A DNA stretch of 64,000 bases, taken from the NCBI GenBank assembly GCA_008632985.1, contig QPGO01000292.1, positions 1-64,000 of the forward strand. The letters run 5' to 3'. Under the pieces are notes generated by a model. It searched no databases and was not told where the DNA came from. It worked only from the letters and a program-made list of their open reading frames with translations. The DNA is from Psammoneis japonica (taxonomy: Eukaryota). Below are positions 1-12,350 of this stretch, in pieces. A program made the position numbers and the translations under genes. How positions within the stretch are numbered: position 1 is the stretch's first letter; each line of letters begins with the position of its first letter.

Positions 1-353
1 TTTCTCAAGAAGATACCAAGGCCGCTCCTCGTGTCAACAACAACGACCGAGGCGTGCGAGGAAATAACGTCGGATCTCCTCCTGTTTGGATGAACAACAA
101 CAACGGAGGCCTCATTTATTCTTCGAATCAGCTTATTACACAAGCATCTCCTGCACATGGCCAGCAGTTCCCCTACCAAGAGACGTTATGCCATTTGGAA
201 CTTTGTTTCCTCCCACGGCACTCCCCCACATTATAATCAAGCTGCTTCTTATCATGCGCTCCAGCAAGTTGGAATTCCTCCAGAACAACAACAACACTAC
301 ATGAGAAGTCTAGCAGGAAACATACCAATGCAAGTAAATATGTTCCAACTCGG

Positions 354-2542
354 GTGCCTCTTTCTACTCTGCGTCAAGCTGCCGAGCGTCAAGAGTTGCT
401 TTCCATGATTGATTCTTCCAATGCCATGATCAAGCTAGGTCTTGGTGGTGGTGGGCGTCACAAGTCGTGTAGTACAGCCGAGTCTCTGATGAGTGGTGGT
501 TTCGGTGTGACACAAGCAAGGACAAAGTCGGCCTCGCCTGCATCCTCATCGTCGTCGAATAGTAGTGTTGTGGCTACTAGAGAAGATGCAGACGTCAAGA
601 CATCGAAATCAGAAAAGAAAGCAGTCTCTGCATTCGACTTGTACTTTCAAGAACAACGTCAAGCCATGTTACAACAGCAAGACAAGGGCAATGATTTGAA
701 GGACATGGCCAAGGAGATTGGAGCAAGGTGGAAATGTCTCGATGAAGCTACTCGCAAGCGATACGAGGACCGTGCGGCCAATAACTCAACGACTACTACC
801 AAGGTTACTCTGAAAAAGAAGAAGAAAAAACCACTCTCGGCTTATAACATGTTTTTTCAAGATGAACGTCAAGCCATGTTGAGGGACAAGAAGAATGGTG
901 ATTTCAAAAACATGGCCAAGGAGATTGGTGCCAAATGGAAATCTCTGGACAAAGCGACTCGTACCAAGTATGAAGACCGTGCTCAACAAGAACGAGCAAA
1001 CTATCATGGCAAGGACGGATCCATCAAGAGCCGTACGAGTAGTACTGCCAGCAACAAGACGAGTAGTGCCGACAAGGATAGTACCAATGGCAAACCCAAA
1101 AGACCGCTGTCGGCGTACAATTTGTTTTTCAGAGTCCAACGAGAGGCGCTCATTCAACAAGATGATCAGATTTCCTTTGTCGAAATGGGTCGTTTGGTGG
1201 GAGCCAAATGGAAAGAGCTTGCACGGAACAAAAGGCAACACTACGAAGACTTGGCACGAGAAGAAAAGAAAAAGTACTTTAGTGCCATGGAGGATTGGAA
1301 AAAGTCCAAGAACGATCGACAAGAGGCTGCTCGCATCATGGTGAGCAACTTGCAGACGGGGTGGATTCGAGAACATTTTCGACAAGAGTTGCAACAGTCG
1401 CCACTGCTCCCAGAACAACACTGCAATGCCATGAATACAAAAGGGTCCAAGCCGAAAGCGTCCCAAAAGCAAGAGAACAATGGCAAACCCAAGAAACCAC
1501 TGTCGGCGTACAATTTGTTTTTTCAACACGAACGACAAGAAATGATTCGAGTCAATCACAAGGATCGGAAAATCATGGCCAAGGTGGTTGGTGCCAAGTG
1601 GAAGGCTATGAAATGGTCCGAGCGAGAACCTTACGAATTGCAAGCTTCGCAAGCAAAGCAACGATACCGCGAGGCTCTCGAAAAATGGACTGCTGCAAAG
1701 GAATCTCACGACGTTTCTGAAGTCACCAAGACATTAAGGAAGAGTGACGACGACGTCACACGGGAGCCTCCACTCATGTCTATTCGCGGCGGTGGCCCCG
1801 CCGGTGCCATCAAGTCTTACGGCAATGATAAGGACGAGAACGAGTCCTCCGACGCTGAGGAGCAAGCTGTGGACGAGTACTCTGAACAACAAGGCCCTCC
1901 CACGAAAGAGAGCGCAACAGCTTTGGATGCGTCATCTGATGTTGATGATGATGGCGCACAAGCGCAAGACGCCAGCGCCGAGGCTCGTACCGGTGACAAC
2001 AATGTCGCCAAGGCTCCCAAGCGAGGAGAAACATTAAAGTGTTCCAAGTGTGGCACAAGGTTGGCACGCCGGGGTACGTAATTGCAAACTCAAAATATCA
2101 ATAACGTGGCATTCGCAATTCGCTCACTCTACCATTGCTTCCCTTTATAATATCAGCTTGCGTTCAATCCGCGTGTTTGTTGTGCTGCAGTGACATGGAT
2201 TGTGCCGGACACAAGGAGATTCGAGCAAAGGCCGCAATGGACAAGGCCATTCTCAACGGAACGACCGAAATCAACAAACGAGCCGCCGCCAAACGAGCGC
2301 TGGCGATTCGACCGGGTACCTTTCACGAGTCGTCCTTTTCCTACATGGGAGACTCGGCCGTCTTGTGGAGCATTACTGATTTCATGGCGGTGAGCAAGTG
2401 GAAAGATGACGCGGTGCGTCGTGCTCGAAAACGAAAGGCACGACAGGAGACTGTCCCGACCAAGGTGGTGGCTGGCAATCGCAAGCGTTTCAAGACAGTC
2501 ATGGACGAACTGTACAACAAGTCTCTAGAACCAAGCAAGTGA
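354..2542 (+). CDS. Multi-HMG-box protein (4 HMG boxes) with a C-terminal Cys/His cluster; true start probably upstream of 354
   Basis: Four HMG-box starts (KKAVSAFDLYF, KKPLSAYNMFF, KPKRPLSAYNLFF, KPKKPLSAYNLFF), each followed by IGAKWK-like and YE..A motifs. A GT..AG intron at 2074-2156 joins ORF 354-2081 in frame to ORF 2135-2542 (CSKCG...ACVQSACLLCC...CAGH). Confidence 0.85.
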
Positions 2543-2626
2543 GACCGCATGACAATAGATAATAAAAGCTACTAATACATATAGATATTGACAGGAAGGA
2601 TTGGGCATTGTAGAAAAGAGATCTAT

Positions 2627-5545
2627 CTATATGAGTGGAACCAATGGAGGAGTCCACGATGATCTAGCCAAGGGGTGCGTTTTCGTTGTTACTGGCATTC
2701 TTACCCCAATTGTCCATTCGTCGCTCCTGCGTCGTTGTTGCAAAGACATCTTTGGTGTATTCGTATCTCGATTCTTCTTCGTGGAGCGGAGACTTGTTTC
2801 TCTTTCCTTGGAAGGGGCCATCGCAAATCCTCCGGGCCTTCGAGGTAGGTTGCGCTGTAATGCTCGCTTGACTAGCTGTGTCGCAAACGGCAAATCGTCC
2901 GCCTCAAAAGGCGATGGAAAATAGTCTTCTGATTCGGACGGCTCGTCTTCTCCATTAACTTTTAGCCGTCGTCGTCTTTCGCGTGCCGCTTGCTGTTTCA
3001 GGTACAGGTGCTGTCGCCCAACATCAGTGCCGCCGCCAATCACTCGCAGCAAATCACCACTTGGTCCAACCGTGACTTGGTTGTAAAACTCTAAAAGAAC
3101 CTTATCCAACTCTCCTGGTGATAGTTGGAGACGAAGTGTGGGTGATTCCAAAACTGTTTCAATGTCAACGTCGAGACGTTTGTCGAGTTCTGCCACAAGT
3201 CGTATCTGCAGGTCTTTCGGCAACACTGAACCCACAGGCGAAATGAAAAAGGTAAGCCATAACAGCAGATGCAGTGAAGAGACGTATTTAACATACTCAC
3301 CATTACTCTGTTGAATTTCCTGCGATAATCTGGATCGAAATTGGCGGTAACGGTCTCTTGATCGGAGAAGAGTTTTCTTAACTGCATTTCGGGCATCTTC
3401 GTCTTCAATCAATGGCGGCAACGTAATCTGCATTGCACGTGTACGCAACAAATTTCGGTGAGCATAAACCAATGATGGAGAAAACAGTCATGGCAAACAG
3501 TGAGAGAAAAGATTACCTCCACACCAGTTTCGGCGGAGAGCGAGTCTTTTGCCTCTGCTTCTTCCAACGTAATGCACCCAGCAGCCTCCAGACGTTCAGT
3601 AGCGGCATCCCAAGACAATGCGTGGGCGTATTCCTCGGTGAGTGGTTCAGGACAATGTGTCAGAGCATAATAGAGATTGCCTGTATGGAAAACACGAAAA
3701 GAATGGTGAGACATGGCGTGCATCCGGTACGTACGGAAGACTTTGCGCTCATACTCACCGACAAACTCTTCCTTTGTAGTGTATGGAAGACAATTTGGAA
3801 ACTGAGCAAAGAAGTCGTTTGACGGATGGGAAGGTAAAACAACAAACTTGCCCATGGCCAAAGCTTCTGCGACCGTCGTGCACAGCACCTCCGACGTTGA
3901 TGGATTAACAAACACCTTGTGCGTCCAAGCCAACTCCGAATGGTCGATTGGCCCATAAAATGGCATGTCTAGTCGCAACTTCTCAGCTCGAGTTTTGGCT
4001 GCCTCCAAATCAGGACCGCCTCCGTACATATCAACCTTGATCTTCAAACCGGCACTGTTTTCTGCATACTTGAGCAATTCCATGAGCGATCCCAAACCCT
4101 TTGACCATAGCATCTTACCAATAAAGTATATTGTAGGCGTTGCATTCGGACCAAAGATATCGTCGTCAGTTTTCTTCGCCAGTGAATTTGCAACTTGCTG
4201 CCCTGTTGTCAGAAATGTTTGTCGTACTCCATGAACATTTTCAAACCAACTCCTTCTCTGGACAAAACTTGCCCAGAGACCCGCTCAATTTAATGACACG
4301 GTGGCAATGTGCCCGACACATCCAGCTACAAAGAAGTTTCATAGCCGGTGCTCTTATTAATGCGGCCGGTTGCTCTTGCGCGTAAAAGAAATAATTGGTA
4401 TGTATAATTCCAACAACATGCGGAAACTTTGCCGTCCATGATTCACCCGGGGCGCGGTACCAGTTGAGATGCTCGGGCTCTTCTAGAATACAAATATCCA
4501 CTTCCTCTTCCTGCTCGTGTGGTTAACAAAAGTAATGGATCGTTAGCGATAGTGAGACCTTGGCCAAAACAAAGGTCTCGCTGGAACCGTAAAGCGACTG
4601 ACTCACCGGAATCAAAGCAGTGATATCCCCCATGCTGTACAGAGAATTTTCTGCACGCTGCTGCCAAGCTGTGTACCATGCAATTTTCAGATCACGACTA
4701 GGCTGGGGGCAAATTTGCAGTGTCGGCAAGCCACGTTCGAATATACTCTTCTTGTTCCTCAGGGGTGGTAAACAACTTGTTTTTCCCGTACACTCGCTCT
4801 TGGTCTGACTTACGTTCCAACCAAGGTAGCATAAGTGTGACCGCCTGGTGAGCCCGCCTTTAGTCAGATAGGCAGCACGCAGTAACGGATTGACAGCAGT
4901 ACCCGTCATCCACGGCAAGGCGGCGGTAGTTACGATCCATATCTTCTTGGACTTGTCCGATATGTCCGTACGAGGCAGTACTTCTTGATCCGCAGTCGCT
5001 GGAACCGGAGCTGTAAAGTTTCTTAGAACCGCTGCTCTCTCACGATGACGGAGATCAGCAACTTGATCTTCCATCATGGCATCTTGGAAGTCTTCAATCA
5101 CCATGGTAGACTCTTCCTTCTTTTGTGTTGACTGTCTTCCATAAGTCGACATGGGGTATTCACCACCTTCACCAGTTCTCTCCAAATAGTCTGCAATGTC
5201 CTCTGACCACTGCTGTAAAATTCCTTCCCAAGAGGGAAACCCATCAAATCTCTTTGTTTCCATGAAAGATTTTCTCCATCTCGTCGTAAAGTGTGTCTCG
5301 TTATACCGAGAAGTTGAATTTCGAATCTCCTCCAGCGCCCGCTTCCAATACGTCCTTGCAGATTCACGACGTTTGAATTTCTCTCGCGACTTGACGAGAG
5401 GTTCTGTAAAGAGGGATAAACGCTTATCACGCTCATCATGAAGCTGCTTGTTGTCATGGTCCTCTGCAACTGAGCATTCTAGGAGCAATATTATGGAGGC
5501 CAGGAGAACAAACATACCGGTGCCTCTCAACGACATTGGCCTCAT
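2627..5545 (-). CDS. DGD: Digalactosyldiacylglycerol synthase (GT4 family), multi-exon, signal-peptide-like N-terminus
   Basis: Motifs IWIVTTAALPWMTGTAVNPLLRAAYL, DICILEEPEHLNWY, VGIIHTNY, CHRVIKLS, GKMLWSKG and FVNPSTSEVLCTTVAEALAMGK across ORFs 4523-5584, 4241-4501, 3409-4113 and 2627-3472. Introns are present, plus a few apparent frameshifts. Confidence 0.9.
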
Positions 5546-6485
5546 TTTTTCAGAAAATAAAACAGGGAGAACGAAAGTCTCCACTCAGTTTATGACATGA
5601 AGTAGCTTCCTGAAAGTGGCTAATCGTGCTGTAGTGGTATAAGGAAAACTGAAAGGCAGGTTAGCGCACAAGCAAAGACGAAGCTCTTTCTCGCTCGGCT
5701 GTCATCGCGAGTGTCAGTGTTTTGTTCTGCTCGCGGCTCGCGATCGCGGTGGTCGGTTGCGGTTCAACAGGTCGGCAGAAATCAATGTCATTCATCATTC
5801 ACGAAGCATTTTTAATGATACTTTTGTTCATTTATATCTCCGAACATAATATATTTTAAAGGTCACGTGGCTTCATCGCGTGTGACGCGACAGGAGTGAT
5901 CGAGGGCGTCCGCGCGCGGCGCGCGGCTGCATTCAAGAAAACTTTCGGCCGCGTTGCGCGTTGCCCTGTTGACCTGTTGCCACATTGCGCTGCACATTGT
6001 TGTTGTTGTTGTTGCGATCGAAGAATCACCACCGTCCTCTCCTAACGCAAACGAACAAACAGAATCAATGAGCCCAAGCAACCTTTGCGCCTTTTTAAAC
6101 CAAACGACTGTGTCCAATGAAAGTGCCGGAGAACAGCAAGAGAGCGAGACGTGCAAGAGCCTGTCTGTTGCTTGGATTTGCCAGAGAATTTGTGCAATCA
6201 ATTCAAGCATTTGTTCGATCGCATCATCGTCTTGCTCAAAGTCAGCATCCATGAACGGGAAGACATCCAGCAAGCAGCAGGAGAGCAGATCTCCGATCTC
6301 ATCACACAAGAAGTTGCCAAGGAACCGATTCTCGCAAAGAGCTGTTTACAAGGGGAGAAAAAAGATTGATTTTTGGAATTCGCAAAAATGCAAATGGATG
6401 GTCTTTGCTGACCGCGGTTTGCAAGAGCACTCATCGGAATCCCATTCTTCATGAGGCCGTCACACTTCTGATCAATGACGTGTTC

Positions 6486-6761
6486 TGACAGGATTTGAAC
6501 AGGATTTGGGTGCGCGCGAAGTGTCGCGCGCTGTTTAGTTTACCGCGCACAGTTTTGTGTGCTTTAGTTCCGCGCGTTCACGCGCGATGTAGTTTGCTTT
6601 CGAGCCACAAGGCTCACAAGGATGACAACAGCAGCCCGATTGTGCCGACTTGCACGTCTTTCGGCTCCTGCAACGGTCTCTGAGCGGAGACTCATCTGCC
6701 ATTTAGACAGCAGTGAGGAGTCATTGTTTGAATTCTTGCCATTTGCCTTCAATTTCTGTCA
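6486..6761 (+). repeat. 5' LTR of Copia element 1
   Basis: Direct repeat of 12075-12350 with TG...CA ends. Confidence 0.95.
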
Positions 6762-7702
6762 GATTGACAGTCTTGCTCATTGTCAACCCATTGAGCAACC
6801 GCCATCGTTGTTGTTGATTCACCAACGACGCCATTTCAATCCTGCGTGGACCTCCGCATGTGTTCTACATGCGTCGGCAAGTCTGCGCGCATTCAATGCC
6901 AGGGCATCGGCAGGAAGTTAACGTCACCGTCAAGTCTCCTTACCGCTGGACATCTGGATTGATCACACTGCCTTTGATCGCTGAAGACACATGTTCAATG
7001 GTCATGTCCAAGTCCATCCTTGATCAACATCCCTTGACACACCCATTCCTCGGTTAACGGTCAAGAACCCCACATGTTCAAGGATCTCAGTCGCTGAAGA
7101 CATGTGTGTGTGTGCATGTCTTCACGGCCAAGAACCTTTACCCACTCTTCGGACTGCGGTTTTGCCACCACTCTACAAGCACACCGAGTCCATTGCACCT
7201 GATCTGCCCCGGACTGCTGGTGCTCTGCAGTTCTGCCAGGTCCCACGAGGACGACTGTGAGAGCAAGCAGCCGTGATTGCAGCCTACGTTGGGGGCGAGG
7301 GTGCTTTCCTGCGTTTGTTCGTTCGTCCACAGCACCCAACGCCTGTGTCAACTGGCCAGCCTGATCGGGAAATCCAACCGACATAAAATGAGAACGGTTC
7401 AGGGGTCTTGTCCACCTCTAGTCAGCTTACCTGCAGGGGTTTACAACCCGCTACTCCGCTCGTAAGCAACCCAAAGCGCCACTGGCTGCGGGTTCAGACG
7501 TGCCGGCACAACTCTGCGGACCGGACAGGAAGTTTAGCACTTGACAACGAACGGGATAGCAAAGCCCGGCGACTTCTGATTTTAAGACAGTTCAAGATTT
7601 CAAGTCAAGTCCACCTCAAGTCAAGTCTGTTCTCACCCAAGTTTCGAGTCTACCTTCGCTTCCCAACCAGAATTGATTGTCCTGACACCACTTTTGTCTG
7701 CC

Positions 7703-10700
7703 ATGGTTCTCACTCGTCAGCAACAAACCGATGGTTTCGAGCACGTTGTTGGAACCGTGCTTGCCCAAGGTGCTGGGAGTCCTCTTCGTTTGGCTTTGGC
7801 CCAAGACGGCACGGACTCGCATCAGGAACTGTTCACGTTCATGCCGTCCCAAATCGACTCGCTTGAGTACGACAACGGCACTGATGTGATCCCTTTGCCC
7901 CGTGGTCATAAGAACATGTTAGCAGCACTAGTTAGTCTGTACATTGTCAAAGCACACAAAGGTCTTGACGTTGCCAACGACTCCTCTTTGTTCACGCATG
8001 ACGAGTTCCTTGCCCACCGCCTCAGCCCCGACTGCATGTCTTCTGTGTCCATTGGCAGCTCACCCCTTGCACCTCCGCATGTCACCAACCCGACCAAGGC
8101 ACGCGACCCGGTGCGGGACTTCAAGCGAGGCATCAAGCGTGATCCCACCGCTTTCACGGCTCTCAAATCCGACAAGCAGTGGCACACTTGGCACACCTCA
8201 CTTGTGGCACAAGCCCGTGCCCAAGACGTCGAGTGCATTCTAGACTCGTCGTACAAACCGACCAGCCCCGAAGACAAACTGCTCTTTGCTGAACAGCAAA
8301 AGTGCATGTTCGCCGTCTTCGAACGCATCCTTCTCACCGACAAGGGCAAGGCTCTCATTCGCGAAAATGTGGGGTCTTCTGACGCACAGACCATCCACCG
8401 CGCCTTGTCTGAGTGCGCGCTTGCCTCCACCCGTGCATCTGTCGAGTCCTCCACCCTGCTCACGTACCTCACCACCGCACGTCTTGGTGATGGCACTTGG
8501 AAAGGTCCGACCCACGGGTTCATCCTTCATTGGCAAGATCAGTTGCGCAAGTGCGAGGCACTCATCCCGGCCAGTGACCACTTCTCTGAAGGACAGAAGC
8601 GCGTCATGCTCGAGAATGCCGTGCACCCTGTCGAGGAACTCCGTGCTGTCAAGAACCAAGCTGATCAGCATCGTGCGCAGAGTGGCAAGAGCCTCACACA
8701 CGATCAATGCTGTGGCTTGCTCCTCTCCGCGGCAGCTCAGCACGACAGCACGTTTCAACCCAAGACGACACCTCGAGCTCCCCGACGCGCCACACACGCA
8801 CACGACGTCTGCTCCGAGGAACCGTCTGACGATGTGTTCTACGACATTGACAGCGACATTGACGTCCTTCAGGCCAATGCTGCCCACACCCGCGGTCCCA
8901 GCCTCACCGGTGACCAATGGAGACGTCTCCCTCCCGACCACCAACGGATCTGGGATTCGTTGCCCGATTCCTCCAAGGCGATCATCCTTGAGCATTCTCG
9001 TCCGCCTCCCCGCAACCCGCGAGCCAGTGACTGCCATGAGTCTGTTGCGGCCAACCTTCACGACCAACGCCTTGGGAGTGACGGTGATGTCAACTTGTCC
9101 AACACGACTCCTGCTGACTCTGGTGACTCCGCTCCAAATGTGGGTGCCAATTTGGACAATCCCATCATGGCGCACCTCACCAAGTGCAAGTCACTGCCAC
9201 CCGGTGATCTGCAACGTCTGTTGTCTCCTAACCAAGCCCCCAATGCTAGTCGACCGGGGCCATCCGCCGCTTCCTCTGCCCCGCCAGCTTCTGCAGATGA
9301 CATGGAACTCAACGGCCGCACTTGCCGCCGCGTCAACAACCACAATGTCATTTGCTCTGCCTCTGCTCATCGCTCCACACGCACTGGCGCTCTAGTCGAT
9401 TGTGGGGCCAACGGCGGCATTGCTGGCGACGACGTTCGCATCATTGCACGCACCTCTCACCAAGTCGACGTTCAGGGCATTGACGATCATCAATTGGTGG
9501 ACATCCCTGTTGTCACCGCTGGTGCCGTCATTGAGACCCAGCGTGGTCCCGTCATCGCCATCCTCCATCAGTGCGCACACACGGGCAAGGGCAAGACCAT
9601 CCATTCCTGCGGCCAGCTCGAATGGTGCAAACAGGATGTCAACGATCGCTCTGTCAAGGTGCCCAACGGCTTGCAACGCACCGCCACTCCTGATGGCCAT
9701 GTCATCCCCATTGACATCAAGGCCGGCCTGCCTTGTGTTGCCATGCGACCTTACACTGACGCCGAATGGGACACCCTGCCCCCACCTGAACCCATCATCA
9801 AATCTTGCCATGACGACAACCCCATCGATTCTCCTGATGGGGAGATCAGGACACCCAAGATGCCAGTTTTCGATCCGCAAGACATCATTGGACGCACCTT
9901 CCTCATGCAGCCACAAGAGGACGGACAACGCCACAGAGCTCGCATCGTCAAGGCCGTCGAAGACCACGAATGGAAAGTGAACGGCAATCCCGAGCTCACT
10001 GAGTTCGTCTGCTCTGTCAACAATGACGAATGCGAGGAAGTCCTTGCCTGCAATGACATCATGAATCACATTGAGCAAGAAGACGAAGACACTGCTGTTT
10101 GGAAATTTCGACGCATCGTGTCACACGAAGGACCTCTGAAGCCTCACGACCCAACCTGGAAAGGCTCAAGCTACAACATCATGCTTGAATGGGAAAGTGG
10201 GGAGATCACGTCCGAGCCTCTTGCCATCATCGCCAAGGACGACCCCGTCACCTGTGCCATCTACGCACGAGAGAACGGACTCCTCGACACGGATGGCTGG
10301 AAGCGGTTCCGCACCATCGCGAGGCACCAAAAGAAGCTGTTTCGCATGGCCAACCAAGCCAAGCTTCGCTCCTTCCGCACTGCACCTCGCTGCAAGCACG
10401 GATGCGAAGTTCCCCGGAACTGCAAACACGCCATGTCACCAGACGAACGCAACGGCAACCGCAAGTGGGGAGACGCAACTAATCTCGAGATGGACCAACT
10501 CACTCCTCCTGCGGGACACAAGAAGATCCGAGTGCACCTGGTGTGCGACGTGAAACACGACGGTTGCCACAAGGCATGACTCGCAGCCGATGGGCACCTC
10601 ACGGACGTACCCATCGATGGTGTCTGCTCCGGAGCAGTCTCCCTCCGTGGCCTTCGGCTGATGATTTTCCTGGCCGAACTCAACGAGTTGGAGACATGGG

Positions 10701-12030
10701 CCACCGACATTGGCAATGCCCACCTTGAAGCCACCAACAAGGAGAAGCTTTACATTGTAGCCGGACCTGAATTTGGCAAACTCGAAGGACACATCCTTGT
10801 CATCCACAAGGCACTGTGTGGACTGCGCAGCTCCGGTCTCTGCTGGCACGAGCGCTTCGCCGACTGCCTGCGAGCTGAAGGCTTCTTCCCCTGCCGCGCC
10901 GAACCCGACATTTGGATGCGCAGGAACGGCGACCACTGTGAACACATTGCCGTTTATGTGGATGACCTCGCCATTGCCATGAAGGACCCTCAATCTTTCG
11001 TCGACACTCTCACGGAAAAGCACAAGTTCAAGCTCAAGGGTGCGGGACCCATTGAGTTCCATCTGGGTTGCGACTTTTCCCGGGATCCCGACGGAACCTT
11101 GTGCCTGTCTCCGCGCAAGTACATCGAGCGCATGGTCGACAGCTGTGCCCGACTGTTTGGGGAGAAACCCACCACCAACGCCCTGTCACCTCTAGAGAAG
11201 GGTGACCACCCCGAACTGGACACTTCCGAACTGCTGGGACCCGATGGCATTCACAAGTTCCAGTCTCTTGTTGGTTCACTCCAATGGGCAGTGTCCCTTG
11301 GTCGAATTGACATTGCCACGGCCGTCATGTCACTCTCTACCTTCCGAGCTGCACCCCGTCAAGGCCACTTGGATTGTGCCAAATGCGTCTGTGGGTGCCT
11401 CTCCAAGATGCGACACGGTGCTCTCCGCGTTCGCACGGAAGAGCCCGACCATTCGGATCTCCCTGCTCCGGCCTGTGAATGGATGCATTCCGTGTGTGGC
11501 GAAGCAGAAGAGATGATCCCGAAGGACGCTCCACCGCCCCTTGGCAAGTTCGTCACTGCCACCCACTGCGTCGATGCAAACTTGTGCCATTGCATGCTCA
11601 CCGGACGCTCTGTCATGGGAATGCTCCACTTCCTCAACAAATTCCCGGCTGATTGGTTCTCTGAGAAGCAAGCCACCGTGGAGACTGCGACCCACGGGTC
11701 TGAATTTGTTGCCGCAAGGACTTGTGTTGAGCAGATCATCGACCTGCGCATCACCCTGTGCTGCCTTGGCGTCCCGATCCGCAATGTCAGTTGCATGTTC
11801 GGTGACAACAAGTCGGTTGTAGACAGTGCCACCATCCCGCACTCCAAGTTGCACAAGCGACACACCGCACTGTCGTTCCACCGTGTGCGCGAGGCAATTG
11901 CCTCTGGTTGCCTTGAGCTCCACTTCATCGAAGGCTCCCGCAACCCTGCTGACATTCTCAGCAAGCATTGGGGTTGCTCCCAAATCTGGGACCTTCTCCG
12001 CCCCCTCATGTTCTGGAACTTCATTCCATC
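7703..12030 (+). pseudogene. Copia gag-pol remnant (gag, protease, RT, RNase H); integrase core missing
   Basis: ORFs 7673-10579 and 10661-12181 lie in the same frame, separated by TGA at 10577-10579 (HKARL -> HKA*L). No HHCC or DDE motifs between the protease (~9.4 kb) and the region after ~9.8 kb. Confidence 0.85.
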
Positions 12031-12074
12031 CGAAGTCGAATCTGTTTCTGTGACTCCTCAAGCAAACTGGGGAG

Positions 12075-12350
12075 TGACAGGATTTGAACAGGATTTGGGT
12101 GCGCGCGAAGTGTCGCGCGCTGTTTGGTTTACCGCGCACAGTTTTGTGTGCTTTAGTTCCGCGCGTTCACGCGTGATGTAGTTTGCTTTTGAGCCACAAG
12201 GCTCACAAGGATGATAACAGCAGCCCGATCATGCCGACTTGCACGTCTTTCGGCTCCTGCAACGGTCTCTGAGCGGAGACTCATCTGCCATTTAGACAGC
12301 AGCAAGGAGTTGTTGTTTGAATTCTTGCCATTTGCCTTCAATTTCTGTCA
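12075..12350 (+). repeat. 3' LTR of Copia element 1
   Basis: Direct repeat of 6486-6761, followed by the target-site duplication TGTTC. Confidence 0.95.

Larger units (their letters stand above)
6486..12350 (+). mobile_element. Ty1/Copia (CoDi-like) LTR retrotransposon, internally deleted and defective
   Basis: 276-bp LTRs at 6486-6761 and 12075-12350 (TGACAG...CTGTCA). 5-bp target-site duplication TGTTC at 6481-6485 and 12351-12355. Purine tract GGGGAG before the 3' LTR. Contains gag, protease (LVDCGANGG), RT (AVYVDD) and RNase H (NPADILSK). Confidence 0.95.

Noticed and set aside
6486..12350. ADAR-type RNA editing or RT error fixed during retrotransposition
   Set aside because: Both strands are affected, LTRs of one insertion differ, and a DNA-transposon fragment and host-type genes are also hit.
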